A DNA stretch of 64,000 nucleotides from Candidatus Spongiisociaceae bacterium (GCA_965262915.1 OZ253564.1:1760001-1824000); one strand, 5' to 3'; positions 1 through 12,000 are shown, numbered from the stretch's first letter. The notes: a model not told the origin generated them from the sequence alone. Numbers and translations: made by a program.

Positions 1-530
1 TTGACCCGTGCTTTGAGATTCATGCCCTTTAGCTGGTGTTTTAGCGGCTCGGGAGCTGTTACGACCAGCGCATGTATCTGGTTAGCGGCCTGGGTGCGGG
101 CCTTGACCGCGGAGCGGCGCACCACCCACAGCATCCGTATGCACTCGACCGGGCCCACACCGGACTTGGGAACCGCGGTTGCTTCGCCCGAGGCAGCTGC
201 CCGAGCTGCCGCCTCGGCGTCGACGCTGTCGGTCTTGCCGCCCTTCTGGCGGCGTAGTTGGCGGTTGGGGCGGTTGACCTCCACCACCTCGATGTTCATC
301 TCGGTCAGGTAACGGGCCAGGCCGGCGCCGTAACTACCCGTTCCTTCCACCCCAACCCGAACCAACTGTCCCCGCGACTCGAACCAGGTGACCATTCGCC
401 GATAACCGGATTCCTCCACCGCGAAAGACTCCGATCCCAGTACCCGCCCGACGCCATCCACCACCGCTGCTACGTGGACGTCCCGATGGGTGTCAACCCC
501 ACCGTAGATAATCTGGTCTGCTTCTCCCAT
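1..530 (-). mobile_element. IS110-family DEDD transposase/recombinase, N-terminal part (runs off window start)
   Basis: Not in ORF track. Manual translation from ATG at 530 (GAGGAG RBS upstream): MGEADQIIYGGVDTHRDVHVAAVVD...VGVEGTGSYGAGLARYL...KGGKTDSVDAEAAARA, with the GVDTH, EGTG and KTDxxDA motifs of IS110 RuvC-like domains. Confidence 0.9.
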
Positions 531-534
531 GATG

Positions 535-750
535 CTCTTCTCCTCTAGGGGATAGACTCATTTCCGATCCCCGGACCCGTGTGCGGTTGGACAGGCCACT
601 CACGGTGGAGAAGTTGAAGGCTCCTATTAGGTCACATCCGCCCCGGGTCACGGGCGTCACGCCCCAGGCCGGGAACGGGCCGACAGATCGATGAAAAGGC
701 ACAAGGCCAGATTTCAGTTGGGTCAGACCCGCCCTAGCCCAGGAACCCTC
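535..750 (-). ncRNA. Putative IS110 bridge RNA in the non-coding left end
   Basis: ~230 bp non-coding end upstream of the recombinase with two stem/internal-loop modules. One contains ACTGAAATC (identical to the target flank), the other TGAGTGG (complement of the junction CCACTCA). CATAAT -10 box at 753-758. Confidence 0.65.
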
Positions 751-761
751 CAATTATGAGT

Positions 762-2190
762 GGATTTCAGTGGGGAGTGACCGATGGGAGTAGGTCCCAG
801 TTGGGTTTCCCCGCGTAGAGAAGGGCGCGGATTCGGTAGTTCGCGAAGTTGGGTAACCCGAACGCTGCTCGTTTGATCCGTTTGATGAGGTTGTTGAGGG
901 CTTCGGTGGGTCTGTTGGTTACCTTCGAGATGTGCCAGTTGGTGATCTGGGGGGTCCAGCGGGCGATGGTACGTCCCAGCTTGTTGATCTCGGGTGGGCA
1001 GGATTCGTCCTGGAGGTCGTCTGCGAGCCCGAGGGTGTATCGGAGAGCAAGGACCGGACTTTCGATCCCGTAGATGCCCCGTACCGTTTCGGTTGCGTGC
1101 CAGGCGGTGCGTACCTCCCCGTGGGGGTCACCGGCATCCAAAAGACCACGCAGCCGGGTTTGACCGCGGTCGCTGATCCTCTCATGCGCAGCGGTGAGGA
1201 GGCGGCGTATCCGATACAGCGGGTCATCCTTGCGGCCTCGATGCCCGAGGGTTTCGTTCTGGGTGCGGCGTCGTACTTCGTCGAGTCGCTGGTTGGCCAA
1301 GCGGATGACGTGGAAGGGGTCTGCTACCTGCACAGCGTTCGGGAGCACCCGGTTATACGCCTTCCGATACGAACCGGACATGACCCGACACCGCCCAGCG
1401 GATAGCCTCACACCATTCGGTGGGCTGCGCCCGGAACCAGGCTGCGGCGCTTTCTGCCGTTCTACCACCGACTATGTCGAACCGGCTGGTGGCCTCCCAC
1501 GTCGACGACAGAGGTGCACCAGACTTTGGTACGCCAACGGCCCCGACGCCAGAACAACGTCTCGTCCACTCCCACAGCTTCGACGGTCCCGACCCGATCG
1601 GTGTCTGCTTCCAGCAGCGCTTCGCCCCAGCGGACGACCTCATTGTTCACCGTATGCCAATCACAACCCAACTCTGCGGCGACCTCGTCGACCGAACGGC
1701 CCCGCCCACCCACCCCGATGGTCACCCACCGGGCCGCTCTCGATGTCAACAACGCCCGTTGGGGACCAATCGTGGGGTCTTGTTCGATGAACGATCTGAT
1801 CTCACAGTCGGGGTTCGGGCACGTCCAGCGGCGTTTCCGCCACCGCAGCCGAACCGGACGGCCGAACGCCGGTAGATCCACCAACACAACCGTTCTGTGA
1901 CCCTTGGACCACACCGGGCCGCCACAGGACTCACACAACGGGCGGGGCTTGCGGGACCCGATCACCACCCCAAGCGGTGCACCCTCGCCCGAGTCGTTGA
2001 TCCCTACCAGATCAACGTCGCCCAGGCCTACCAACAACTCGCACATGCGCGCAGGGATCAGCTTCCACAGGGGTCCTCCTGCCTCGGATGTCTTTTCTCA
2101 GCACCCGATTATGGAGGACCCCCCATCACTTCTGGTGGATTACCACTCCCCCTGGCAGATCCCCGACTCCCCACTCATTTCCGAAGAGCC
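762..2190 (-). mobile_element. ISL3-family insertion sequence, degenerate, right end interrupted by IS110
   Basis: Left IR GGCTCTTCGGAAATGAGTGGGG (2190-2169). The right IR reads CCCCACTGAAATCC and lacks the terminal GAAGAGCC. Transposase has CxxC...CPNPDC zinc finger, GVDET, ADPFHVIRLAN and EALNNLIKRIKR. Confidence 0.9.
767..2068 (-). pseudogene. ISL3 transposase, frameshifted
   Basis: Homology is split over ORFs 1462-2046, 1353-1643 and 767-1468, with frameshifts near 2055, 1483 and 1390. Likely original GTG start at 2068 after a GGAGG RBS. Confidence 0.85.
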
Positions 2191-2870
2191 CGATATCAGA
2201 GCCGTCGCAGAGGAGATCTCCTTGGCGGAGACCGACGCGCAGCGGAACAGTCTGGACGTTCCGCTGGCCACGCTGCTGTCCCAGATCCGAACGGCTGCCG
2301 CAACCAGAACAGCACGTGTAGCCACATCCGACCCCGGACCCGACCCCGGCGCGGCTGCCAGGTCGGCGTCAGACGAATCGTCGACCTCTATGACCACCGT
2401 AGCGGGAATTCTGAGACCGGAGGGTGGTCTAGGTAGCGAGAAACCCGTAGCGGTGTTGATCACCGACGCCAACCGGCTGAGAGATGCCTATGTGGAGTTC
2501 GGAGGGACCTATGAGGGTGAGGACGCTACGACGGTGTTGCCGCCGCCTCCGCCGGAGCCGCCTGGTGTGCCTACCAATGTTGGGATGTCGGTTGAGGATG
2601 GTGTGGTTCTTGTTACCTGGGATGAGCTGGAGTCGGGTGGGGATGTGGAGGAGTATCGTGTCTGGTTCTTGTCCGAGCTCGCGGATGGGGGCCACGAAGT
2701 CGTTCTACAACGTCGCGTCGTATCTGGGTGAGCGGTTCTTCGAGATCACCTATATGGTGGGGTTGTTCGGTGACGAGTTCTCGGTGCAGGTGCGGGCGGG
2801 TAATCGTGTGGGGTTTTCGCCGTGGACCGAGAAACGTTTCTTTACCACACCGTCGTCATCGTCGGCGTGA
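2191..2870 (+). pseudogene. 3' remnant of a surface protein with Pro-rich linker and fibronectin type III-like domain
   Basis: LPPPPPEPPGVPTNV...VLVTWD...YRVW, then a shift at G5 2687-2691 to ...FSVQVRAGNRVGFSPWT (FN3 pattern). The 5' end is cut by ISL3. Confidence 0.6.
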
Positions 2871-3339
2871 TGCCTGCTCTCGGTGATCTGTCTGTGGTTT
2901 GATTGCAACCGGCCGCGGTGTGGTGACCTGTGGTCGTGGTCGTAGGGGTGGGACCGGGGTGGGCCGGGGTTTCAGCGGTGCGGGCTTTCCGATCGAGTGG
3001 GTGTAGGTAGGTGGGATCTCCCTTGTTGAGGTGGGCCGGCGCGAACCCGTTCCCGTCGCCGGGTCAAGATCCCGAGACTGTCTGTGTCACAAACATAGAC
3101 AGGCCCGACTATTGCCCGGCCCGTCGGGCCAAGGTTGCTCACCTTGACGTGGTTCTGCAGAGGAGAATACCGCTTCGCGCTCCGGCCGACAACTAGCGTG
3201 ATCGGGTCGATGTCCAAAGGAACGAGTAGGCGCGTACATCGATGGATTCAACCTGTACTACGGTCTTGGAGATGGCGGGCTACGCTCGTCCCGGCGGCCG
3301 GATGGTGTCCTTCTCTCCGCAGACGCGCTACCGGGATAA

Positions 3340-5592
<2,253 letters not shown>

Positions 5593-5595
5593 GGG

Positions 5596-5774
5596 TGTAC
5601 CAAGCACCGGGGCGGTGCCGAACCGGACGTCGTTCGACCGCCAGGGATCACGAATTCGCGGGACCGCATAGCCCGGCTGCGAGCGGGCAGAACGCGTTCC
5701 GAGTCCTGGAAGGTGGTGGTGGGGGTGGGCCCGATGCAAGGGTGGGTGGCGGCGTTTTTCACGATCTGGTGGCG
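5596..5774 (+). ncRNA. Candidate structured ncRNA or dispersed repeat, copy A
   Basis: Colinear conserved blocks shared with 12170-12345 at an offset of 6571-6574. Confidence 0.45.
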
Positions 5775-5879
5775 CCAACCGGAGGATGGGCCAGGCAGGC
5801 AGTGCCGGACTCACAGGCGTTAGCCACGGACCGCCGGTCGCCGGACAACCGACTCGGCACTGTTCACCGGCGCGTCGGG

Positions 5880-6047
5880 CTGGTGGTCTGTCTGCAGAAC
5901 AACTTGCCGTGCCCTGCTTGCCGACGACGCCCCTCGCTGCGTTCCGCCTCCTCGAAGTACGCTGGGGGTACGCCTTCGTCGGCGGGCCTTGCGAGGACTG
6001 CCGCTGTCGGCGTATGCCACGATGCCATGTCGCAGACAGACCACTAG
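5880..6047. mobile_element. 168-bp MITE / palindromic element, copy 1
   Basis: Ends CTGGTGGTCTGTCTGC...GCAGACAGACCACTAG. A similar same-length copy is at 55371-55538. Confidence 0.85.
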
Positions 6048-6127
6048 CATCGGGCAACCCACCCTCGGGGTGGGCAATACCTACCCGGAGAGGCCACGAC
6101 AGGTCCCTATAAGAGAGGTGTGACAGC

Positions 6128-6436
6128 GTGCCGATGTCCTATCTAGCCCAGGCCCAAGGTGACAGCTTCAGTTTCCTGCTGCCCCTGCTGCTCCTGGGAG
6201 CCCTCATGTACTTCCTCATCATCCGTCCGCAGCGCAAGCGGTCGCGGCGCCAGCGGGAGTTGTCCGCAGCTCTGGAGATCGGGGATCAGGTAAGAACGAT
6301 CGGTGGACTGCTCGGTGTGGTGGTCGGACTGGGTGACGACTGGGTGTTGCTCGGTGTCGAAGATGGCCGCGTCAGGGTGCAACGCAGCGCCATCGCCGGT
6401 CGGGCCGGACCCGACAACCCTTCCGATACGAGGTAG
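6128..6436 (+). CDS. yajC: Preprotein translocase subunit YajC
   Basis: TM followed by YFLIIRPQRKR, GDQVRTIGGLLG; upstream of secD. Confidence 0.93.
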   Translation: MPMSYLAQAQGDSFSFLLPLLLLGALMYFLIIRPQRKRSRRQRELSAALEIGDQVRTIGGLLGVVVGLGDDWVLLGVEDGRVRVQRSAIAGRAGPDNPSDTR

Positions 6437-6445
6437 TAACCCGGC

Positions 6446-8023
6446 GTGTCCCGCCGGTGGACCACCGTCATCGTGATCGCGGCCTTGGCCTGGGGCGGGC
6501 TGGCCGCGGTGTTGGCGGTCGGTTGGGCGCCCAGGCTCGGGCTCGACCTGCAGGGCGGCACCTCGGTGATCCTGGAAGCGCCGGAAGGGGCCGACGAACG
6601 GGTGGTCGAGACGGCCGTCGAGGTCATGCGCCGGCGGATCGAGGACTTCGGGAGCGTCCAGGAGCCCGAGATATCCATCACCGGCGGAACCTCGATCCTC
6701 GTTCAGTTGCCCGGCGTCACCGATCAGGACCGCGCCTTGGACGCGGTGGGGAGGACCGGCCTGCTCTCGTTCCGGCCGGTGCTGTCGTGCACATCGGTCG
6801 GGCTCTCCTTCTCGTGCATACCCAGCGACCTCTCCCCGGTCCAGTTGCGGGCCGAGCAGGCGGGGGAGGATTTCGTCTTCCCGGCCGATGTCGACCCGGT
6901 GACCGGGCTGACGAGCGACGACCAGGTGAACAGTGCCCGCTCCTACCTGCCCGAATACGATGACGCGGGCAACGTGGTCGCCATCTACGAGGTGGGTCCG
7001 GCGGATCTCTCCGCCCTTCACGACGGCCTGTGCATCCAAGGGTTCGTCGACTGTTCCCGCCTCCCGACCGATCCTGCGCCTCTGACCGGCGCCGAGGTCG
7101 AATCCGCACTGGCCCTCTTCGGGCAGCAGGCCGACAGTGCCTGGACCGTGCAGCTCAACCTGACCCCCGACGGCGCCGGTCGGTTCGCCGCGATGACCGG
7201 GCTGCTGGCCCAGTTCCCTCAGGGAACCCCCAACCGTCGCCTGGCGATCGTGCTGGACGGAGCGGTCATGTCGGCGCCGGAAGTGTCGGCGGGCGTCGGT
7301 AGGGAGGGAATAACCGGCGGGACCGCCATCATCACCCTCGGGGCCACCGAGAACGCCCAGCAGGAGGCCGAGGACCTGACGACCGTTCTGCGCTACGGGT
7401 CCCTGCCGGTGGCCTTCGAGCGGTCGTCCGTCCAGAAAGTGTCCGCCACCCTGGGAGAGGACTCCCTGCGAGCGGGGCTGGTGGCCGGAATCGGGGGGCT
7501 GATCCTGGTGGTGCTGTTCCTGCTCGTCTACTACCGGGCGATGGGACTGGTCACGCTGGTGGGATTGACCGTGTTCGGGGGCCTGCTTCTGGTGATCTTC
7601 GGGACGCTTGGTGCATGGCAGGGATTGACGCTGACCCTTTCCGGGGTGGCGGGTGTCATCGTGTCGGTGGGCATAACCGCCGACTCCTACATCGTGTTCT
7701 TCGAGCGGGTCAAGGAAGAGGTCCGCAACGGCCGGACGATCGTCGACGCCACCAACGAGGCGCACAGGCGGGCGTTCCGGACCATCCTCACGGCCGACTT
7801 CGTATCGTTCGTGGGCGCCCTCCTGCTGTGGGCCCTGGCCATCGGACCCGTCAAAGGGTTCGCCCAGGCACTGGGCATAGCCACCGTCCTCGACGTGATC
7901 GTGTTCCTGCTCTTCACTCGTAACGCGGCCGCCATCATGGCGAGGAGCCGGTTGGGGGACGGGGGTCCGTTCAGCATACGGGCCGCGGCGGGCCGGTCAC
8001 CTGCGAGCGGAGGTGTCGCGTGA
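6446..8023 (+). CDS. secD: Protein translocase subunit SecD
   Basis: LGLDLQGG, LRYGSLP, VSATLG, ITADSYIVFFERVKEE, VKGFA. Confidence 0.96.
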   Translation: MSRRWTTVIVIAALAWGGLAAVLAVGWAPRLGLDLQGGTSVILEAPEGADERVVETAVEVMRRRIEDFGSVQEPEISITGGTSILVQLPGVTDQDRALDAVGRTGLLSFRPVLSCTSVGLSFSCIPSDLSPVQLRAEQAGEDFVFPADVDPVTGLTSDDQVNSARSYLPEYDDAGNVVAIYEVGPADLSALHDGLCIQGFVDCSRLPTDPAPLTGAEVESALALFGQQADSAWTVQLNLTPDGAGRFAAMTGLLAQFPQGTPNRRLAIVLDGAVMSAPEVSAGVGREGITGGTAIITLGATENAQQEAEDLTTVLRYGSLPVAFERSSVQKVSATLGEDSLRAGLVAGIGGLILVVLFLLVYYRAMGLVTLVGLTVFGGLLLVIFGTLGAWQGLTLTLSGVAGVIVSVGITADSYIVFFERVKEEVRNGRTIVDATNEAHRRAFRTILTADFVSFVGALLLWALAIGPVKGFAQALGIATVLDVIVFLLFTRNAAAIMARSRLGDGGPFSIRAAAGRSPASGGVA

Positions 8024-9075
8024 GCACCTTGACCCGGCTGTACCGGGGCGAGACATCCTTCGGGTTCGTGGGCCGGTCACGCCAGTGGTTCATCGTCTCC
8101 GGAGTGGCCATGGTGCTGTGCCTGGGGAGCCTGGCGATCCGGAACTTCAACCTCAGCCTGGACTTCACGGGAGGCACGGCCATCACCATGCCCAATCCGG
8201 CGGGCACCGGTGTGGCGGAGGTTCGCTCGGTGCTGCGGTCAGCGGGCGGAACGGCCCGCATCCAGCTCGTCGACGACGGCGCGGTGGTGCGGGTCCAGAC
8301 CGAGGCGGTCGATCTGGACACCGAGCGCGAGATGGTCCGCTCCCTGGTCGAGGTCACCGGCACCGAGATCGACCTGACCGATGTGGAGTCGGTCGGCCCC
8401 ACCTTCGGGCGCCAGATCGCCCGGCGGGCCTGGCAGGCGTTGCTCGTGTTCCTCGGGGTGGTGGTCGTCTTCATCAGCATCCGATTCGAGTGGAAGATGG
8501 CGGTGGGCGCCATCGCGGCGCTGCTGCACGACCTGGTACTGACCTCGGGGGCCTACTCCCTGCTCGGATTCGAGGTCACCCCCGCCACCGTGGTGGCGGT
8601 CCTCACCATCCTCGGCTACTCCCTGTACGACACGGTGGTCGTCTACGACAAGATCAGGGAGAACGTCGCCGAGGACCAGGAGCGCCGTACCTACTCCGCG
8701 ATCGTGGATCGGTCCATGAACCAGGTTCTCATGCGGTCGATCAACACCTCGCTGACCAGCCTCCTGCCGGTCGGCTCGCTGCTGTTCGTCGGGTCGATCC
8801 TCCTCGGCGCCGGAACGCTGCGGGAGTTCGCCCTCGCGCTGTTCGTCGGTATCGGGGCGGGCACCTACTCCTCGATCTTCATCGCCGCGCCCCTGCTGGC
8901 GCTCTGGAAGGAGCGCGAGGCCGAATGGTCCCGGCGCCGCTACCGGGCCGAGCGGAAGGCAGCCGGGCGAACCGCCTCCGGTGCGCCGCAGGGGAGGCCC
9001 GGCGCGGCGCCGGGTCGGCTCAGTTCCCGAGGTCAGCGTACGTCGGGTGGGCGGACGCGGCCTCGGAAGCGGTGA
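8020..9075 (+). CDS. secF: Protein translocase subunit SecF
   Basis: LDFTGG, VGPTFG, LTILGYSLYDTVVVYDKIREN, RSINTS. Confidence 0.96.
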   Translation: MSTLTRLYRGETSFGFVGRSRQWFIVSGVAMVLCLGSLAIRNFNLSLDFTGGTAITMPNPAGTGVAEVRSVLRSAGGTARIQLVDDGAVVRVQTEAVDLDTEREMVRSLVEVTGTEIDLTDVESVGPTFGRQIARRAWQALLVFLGVVVVFISIRFEWKMAVGAIAALLHDLVLTSGAYSLLGFEVTPATVVAVLTILGYSLYDTVVVYDKIRENVAEDQERRTYSAIVDRSMNQVLMRSINTSLTSLLPVGSLLFVGSILLGAGTLREFALALFVGIGAGTYSSIFIAAPLLALWKEREAEWSRRRYRAERKAAGRTASGAPQGRPGAAPGRLSSRGQRTSGGRTRPRKR

Positions 9076-9135
9076 ACCGGGCGATCGGGCTACTCGGCCG
9101 GGCCCTGTGCGCCGGCGTCGGGTGGCGGTTTCCGG

Positions 9136-9141
9136 TACAAT
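9136..9141 (+). promoter_or_regulatory. -10 box TACAAT 6 nt before the apt start (leaderless-type)
   Basis: TAnnnT + 6 nt + start also occurs at 18251, 33480, 36201, 50334 and 57724. Confidence 0.55.
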
Positions 9142-9147
9142 GAAGAG

Positions 9148-9672
9148 ATGAATGCGGCGCAACTAGGCGCCTTGGTCCGGGATATTCCCGGTTTTCCCAC
9201 CCCAGAGGTGGTGTTCAAGGACATCACACCGGTGCTGGCGGACAACGCCGCCCTGCGGGTCGCGGTCGAGTCGATCGCGGCGCCATTCCGCCACGCCGGC
9301 GTGACGATGGTGGCCGGCATCGAGGCTCGGGGGTTCGTCTTCGCCCCGCCGGTCGCGCTGGTCCTCGACGTGGGGTTCGTGCCGCTCCGGAAGCAGGGCA
9401 AGCTCCCCTACCACACCCGCCGGGAGGAGTACCAGCTCGAGTACGGTACCGACAGCTTGGAGATCCACCAGGACGCGGTGGGTCCGGAGGACCGGGTGCT
9501 GGTGGTCGACGACGTGATCGCCACGGGAGGGACCGCCGCCGCGGCGGTGCGGCTGATACGGGGCCTGGGCGCCGAACTGGTCGGTGTGGGAGTGCTGATC
9601 GAACTCGCCTTCCTGAACGGCCGGGCCGCGCTGGGTGATGTCGATCTGCATACCGTCGTGACCTATGAGTGA
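9148..9672 (+). CDS. apt: Adenine phosphoribosyltransferase
   Basis: FKDITP, EARGF, RKQGKLP, YQLEYG, VVDDVIATGGT. Confidence 0.96.
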   Translation: MNAAQLGALVRDIPGFPTPEVVFKDITPVLADNAALRVAVESIAAPFRHAGVTMVAGIEARGFVFAPPVALVLDVGFVPLRKQGKLPYHTRREEYQLEYGTDSLEIHQDAVGPEDRVLVVDDVIATGGTAAAAVRLIRGLGAELVGVGVLIELAFLNGRAALGDVDLHTVVTYE

Positions 9673-11866
9673 GGTTGGGGTAGCCCACCGTCACCGCGAT
9701 GCTGCCCGGGCCGAACTCGAACCGATCCTGGCCGCCCTGCGACGTAACTTCCCCGAAGCCCAAGAGGACATCGTCATCCACGCTTACGACGTGGCCCAGA
9801 GGACCCATGCCGGCCAGTTCCGCCTCACGGGCGACCCCTTCATCACCCATCCGATCGCCGTTGCGATGATCCTGGCCGAGTACGGGCTCGATGTCGAGAC
9901 CATCGCGGCCGCTCTTCTCCACGACACGGTCGAGGACACCGACCTGACCCTGGAGGAGGTGGTGGCATCGTTCGGCCCCGACGTGGCCCGGATCACCGAC
10001 GGGGTCACCAAACTGGACCGGGTCAAGTTCGACCTCTCGCGGGAGGACGCCCAGGCAGCCACGATCCGCAAGATGGTGGTGTCGATGGCGCAGGACGTCC
10101 GGGTCCTGATCATCAAGCTGGTGGACCGCTTGCACAACCTCCGGACCATCCACCCTCTCCCCGAGGAGCGCCAGGCCGTCAAGGCTCGGGAGTCGCTCGA
10201 CGTGTACGCACCGCTGGCCCACCGTCTGGGGTTCCAGGAGATCAAGCACGAGATGGAGAACCGCTCCTTCGCCATCCTGTATCCGGCTCGTTACCACGAG
10301 ATAGAGGAGTTGATCCACCAGCGGGCGCCGGAACGGGAAGTGGTGATCGACAAGGTGATCGGGGAGGTGGCGGCCATGCTGGTCACCAGCGGTATTGGCG
10401 CCACGCTCGAGGGACGGCCCAAACACCACTATTCGATCTACCGCAAGATGGTCGACAGCCGCCTCTCGTTCGAGGATATTTACGACCTGATCGGCGTGCG
10501 GGTCCTGGTGGAGGAGGTCAAGGATTGCTACGCGGCGCTCGGTCTGGTGCACTCCCGATGGACACCGGTGCAGGGAAGGTTCAAGGACTATATCGCGGTT
10601 CCCAAGTTCAACCTCTACCAGAGCTTGCATACCACTGTGATCGGTCCCGATGGCCGACCGCTGGAGATCCAGATGCGCACCCACGAGATGCATGCCCGAG
10701 CCGAGTTCGGCATCGCGGCCCACTGGAGGTACAAGGAAGGGGGATCGAGCACTGACCTCGCGTGGATGGCCGACCTGCGGAGGCTACCCGAGGAATACGA
10801 CGAGCCCAGCGAGTTCCTCGCCAACCTCAAGCTCGACCTGTACGAGGATCTTGTTTTCGTGCTGACCCCCCGCGGTGACGTCCGCACACTGCCGAGGGGC
10901 GCCACCCCGGTGGACTTCGCGTATGCGATCCACACCGAGGTAGGCCATCGGTGCGTGGGCGCCAAGGTCAACGGGCGCCTCGTGACGCTTTCCACCGAAC
11001 TCGTATCGGGCGACATCGTGGAGATCATCACCACCAAGTCCGACGATTCGGGTCCCACCCGCGACTGGCTGGGGTTCGTCCGGACATCGAGGGCCCGGGG
11101 CAAGATCAAGCGCTGGTTCAGCCGGGCCCGCCGGGAGACCTCCCTGCAGTCGGGGAAGGAGAGGGTCGCCGATCTGATCAGGCGGGAGCGGGTACGCCTA
11201 CCGAGCGATGATCGGAACTCGATAATGGGCGAGGTGGCGGTGGCCCTCGGTTACCGGGATACGGAGGCGATGTACATAGCGGTCGGTGACGGCGCGGTAT
11301 CCCCCCAGACCGTGACCAGCCGCATCAAGCGACTGCTCGCCGTCCCCGTTGTGGGGGAGGATCTCGGATTCCTCGACACGCTCCGGCGCCGGGCCGATCG
11401 GCCCGCTGGAGAGGGCGTGATCGTCGAGGGCTTCGACGACGTATGGGTCCGCATAGCCCGCTGTTGCGGTCCGGTCCCCGGCGACGATCTGGTGGGTTTC
11501 GTCACCGTCGGTCGGGGGGTGTCGATCCATAGGGCCGATTGCAGCAACATGGAGAGGCTGGGCGACAGGACCGAGCGTATGATCGATGCGAGCTGGGCGC
11601 CCGGTCTGGTCTCCAGCTTCAGCGTATGGTTCCAGGTGGAGGCGCTCGACCGACCCAACCTCCTCCGTGACGTCACCTCGGTCATCTCCGACGCGGGCGG
11701 CAACATCGTGGGTGCGTCGTCCCGTACCGACCGGGATCGCGTAGCGGTGTTGCGCTACGAGGTGGAGCTGTCGGACCCGGGCCAGTTGAACCGTGTGCTC
11801 GCCGCCATGCGCCGGGTCGACAGCGTGTACGATGCCTTCCGCCTCAGGACCGGTGACCCCCATTAG
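9665..11866 (+). CDS. relA: Bifunctional (p)ppGpp synthetase/hydrolase
   Basis: HD domain (LLHDTVED, DRLHN), synthetase (RFKDYIA, YQSLHT), TGS, CC and ACT domains. Confidence 0.97.
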   Translation: MSEVGVAHRHRDAARAELEPILAALRRNFPEAQEDIVIHAYDVAQRTHAGQFRLTGDPFITHPIAVAMILAEYGLDVETIAAALLHDTVEDTDLTLEEVVASFGPDVARITDGVTKLDRVKFDLSREDAQAATIRKMVVSMAQDVRVLIIKLVDRLHNLRTIHPLPEERQAVKARESLDVYAPLAHRLGFQEIKHEMENRSFAILYPARYHEIEELIHQRAPEREVVIDKVIGEVAAMLVTSGIGATLEGRPKHHYSIYRKMVDSRLSFEDIYDLIGVRVLVEEVKDCYAALGLVHSRWTPVQGRFKDYIAVPKFNLYQSLHTTVIGPDGRPLEIQMRTHEMHARAEFGIAAHWRYKEGGSSTDLAWMADLRRLPEEYDEPSEFLANLKLDLYEDLVFVLTPRGDVRTLPRGATPVDFAYAIHTEVGHRCVGAKVNGRLVTLSTELVSGDIVEIITTKSDDSGPTRDWLGFVRTSRARGKIKRWFSRARRETSLQSGKERVADLIRRERVRLPSDDRNSIMGEVAVALGYRDTEAMYIAVGDGAVSPQTVTSRIKRLLAVPVVGEDLGFLDTLRRRADRPAGEGVIVEGFDDVWVRIARCCGPVPGDDLVGFVTVGRGVSIHRADCSNMERLGDRTERMIDASWAPGLVSSFSVWFQVEALDRPNLLRDVTSVISDAGGNIVGASSRTDRDRVAVLRYEVELSDPGQLNRVLAAMRRVDSVYDAFRLRTGDPH

Positions 11867-12000
11867 GGGGGCCCAAAACGGGGGAATGGTTGGCCCGTCG
11901 TTCGCTGACCTGACATTCGGCTATCGACCGTCGGGTCGACGGGGAGTCTCAACCACCCTCCTAACCTGACCTCACGCGGGGCCGACGAATGTGCGGCCCG

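Noticed and set aside
1904-2190. 5' part of ORF 1904-2731 as a real N-terminus
   Set aside because: It is antisense ISL3 sequence reading through the IR into the disrupted gene.
2883-2896. GTGATCTGTCTGTG resembling the MITE end
   Set aside because: Only 14 bp, with no internal MITE sequence or partner end.
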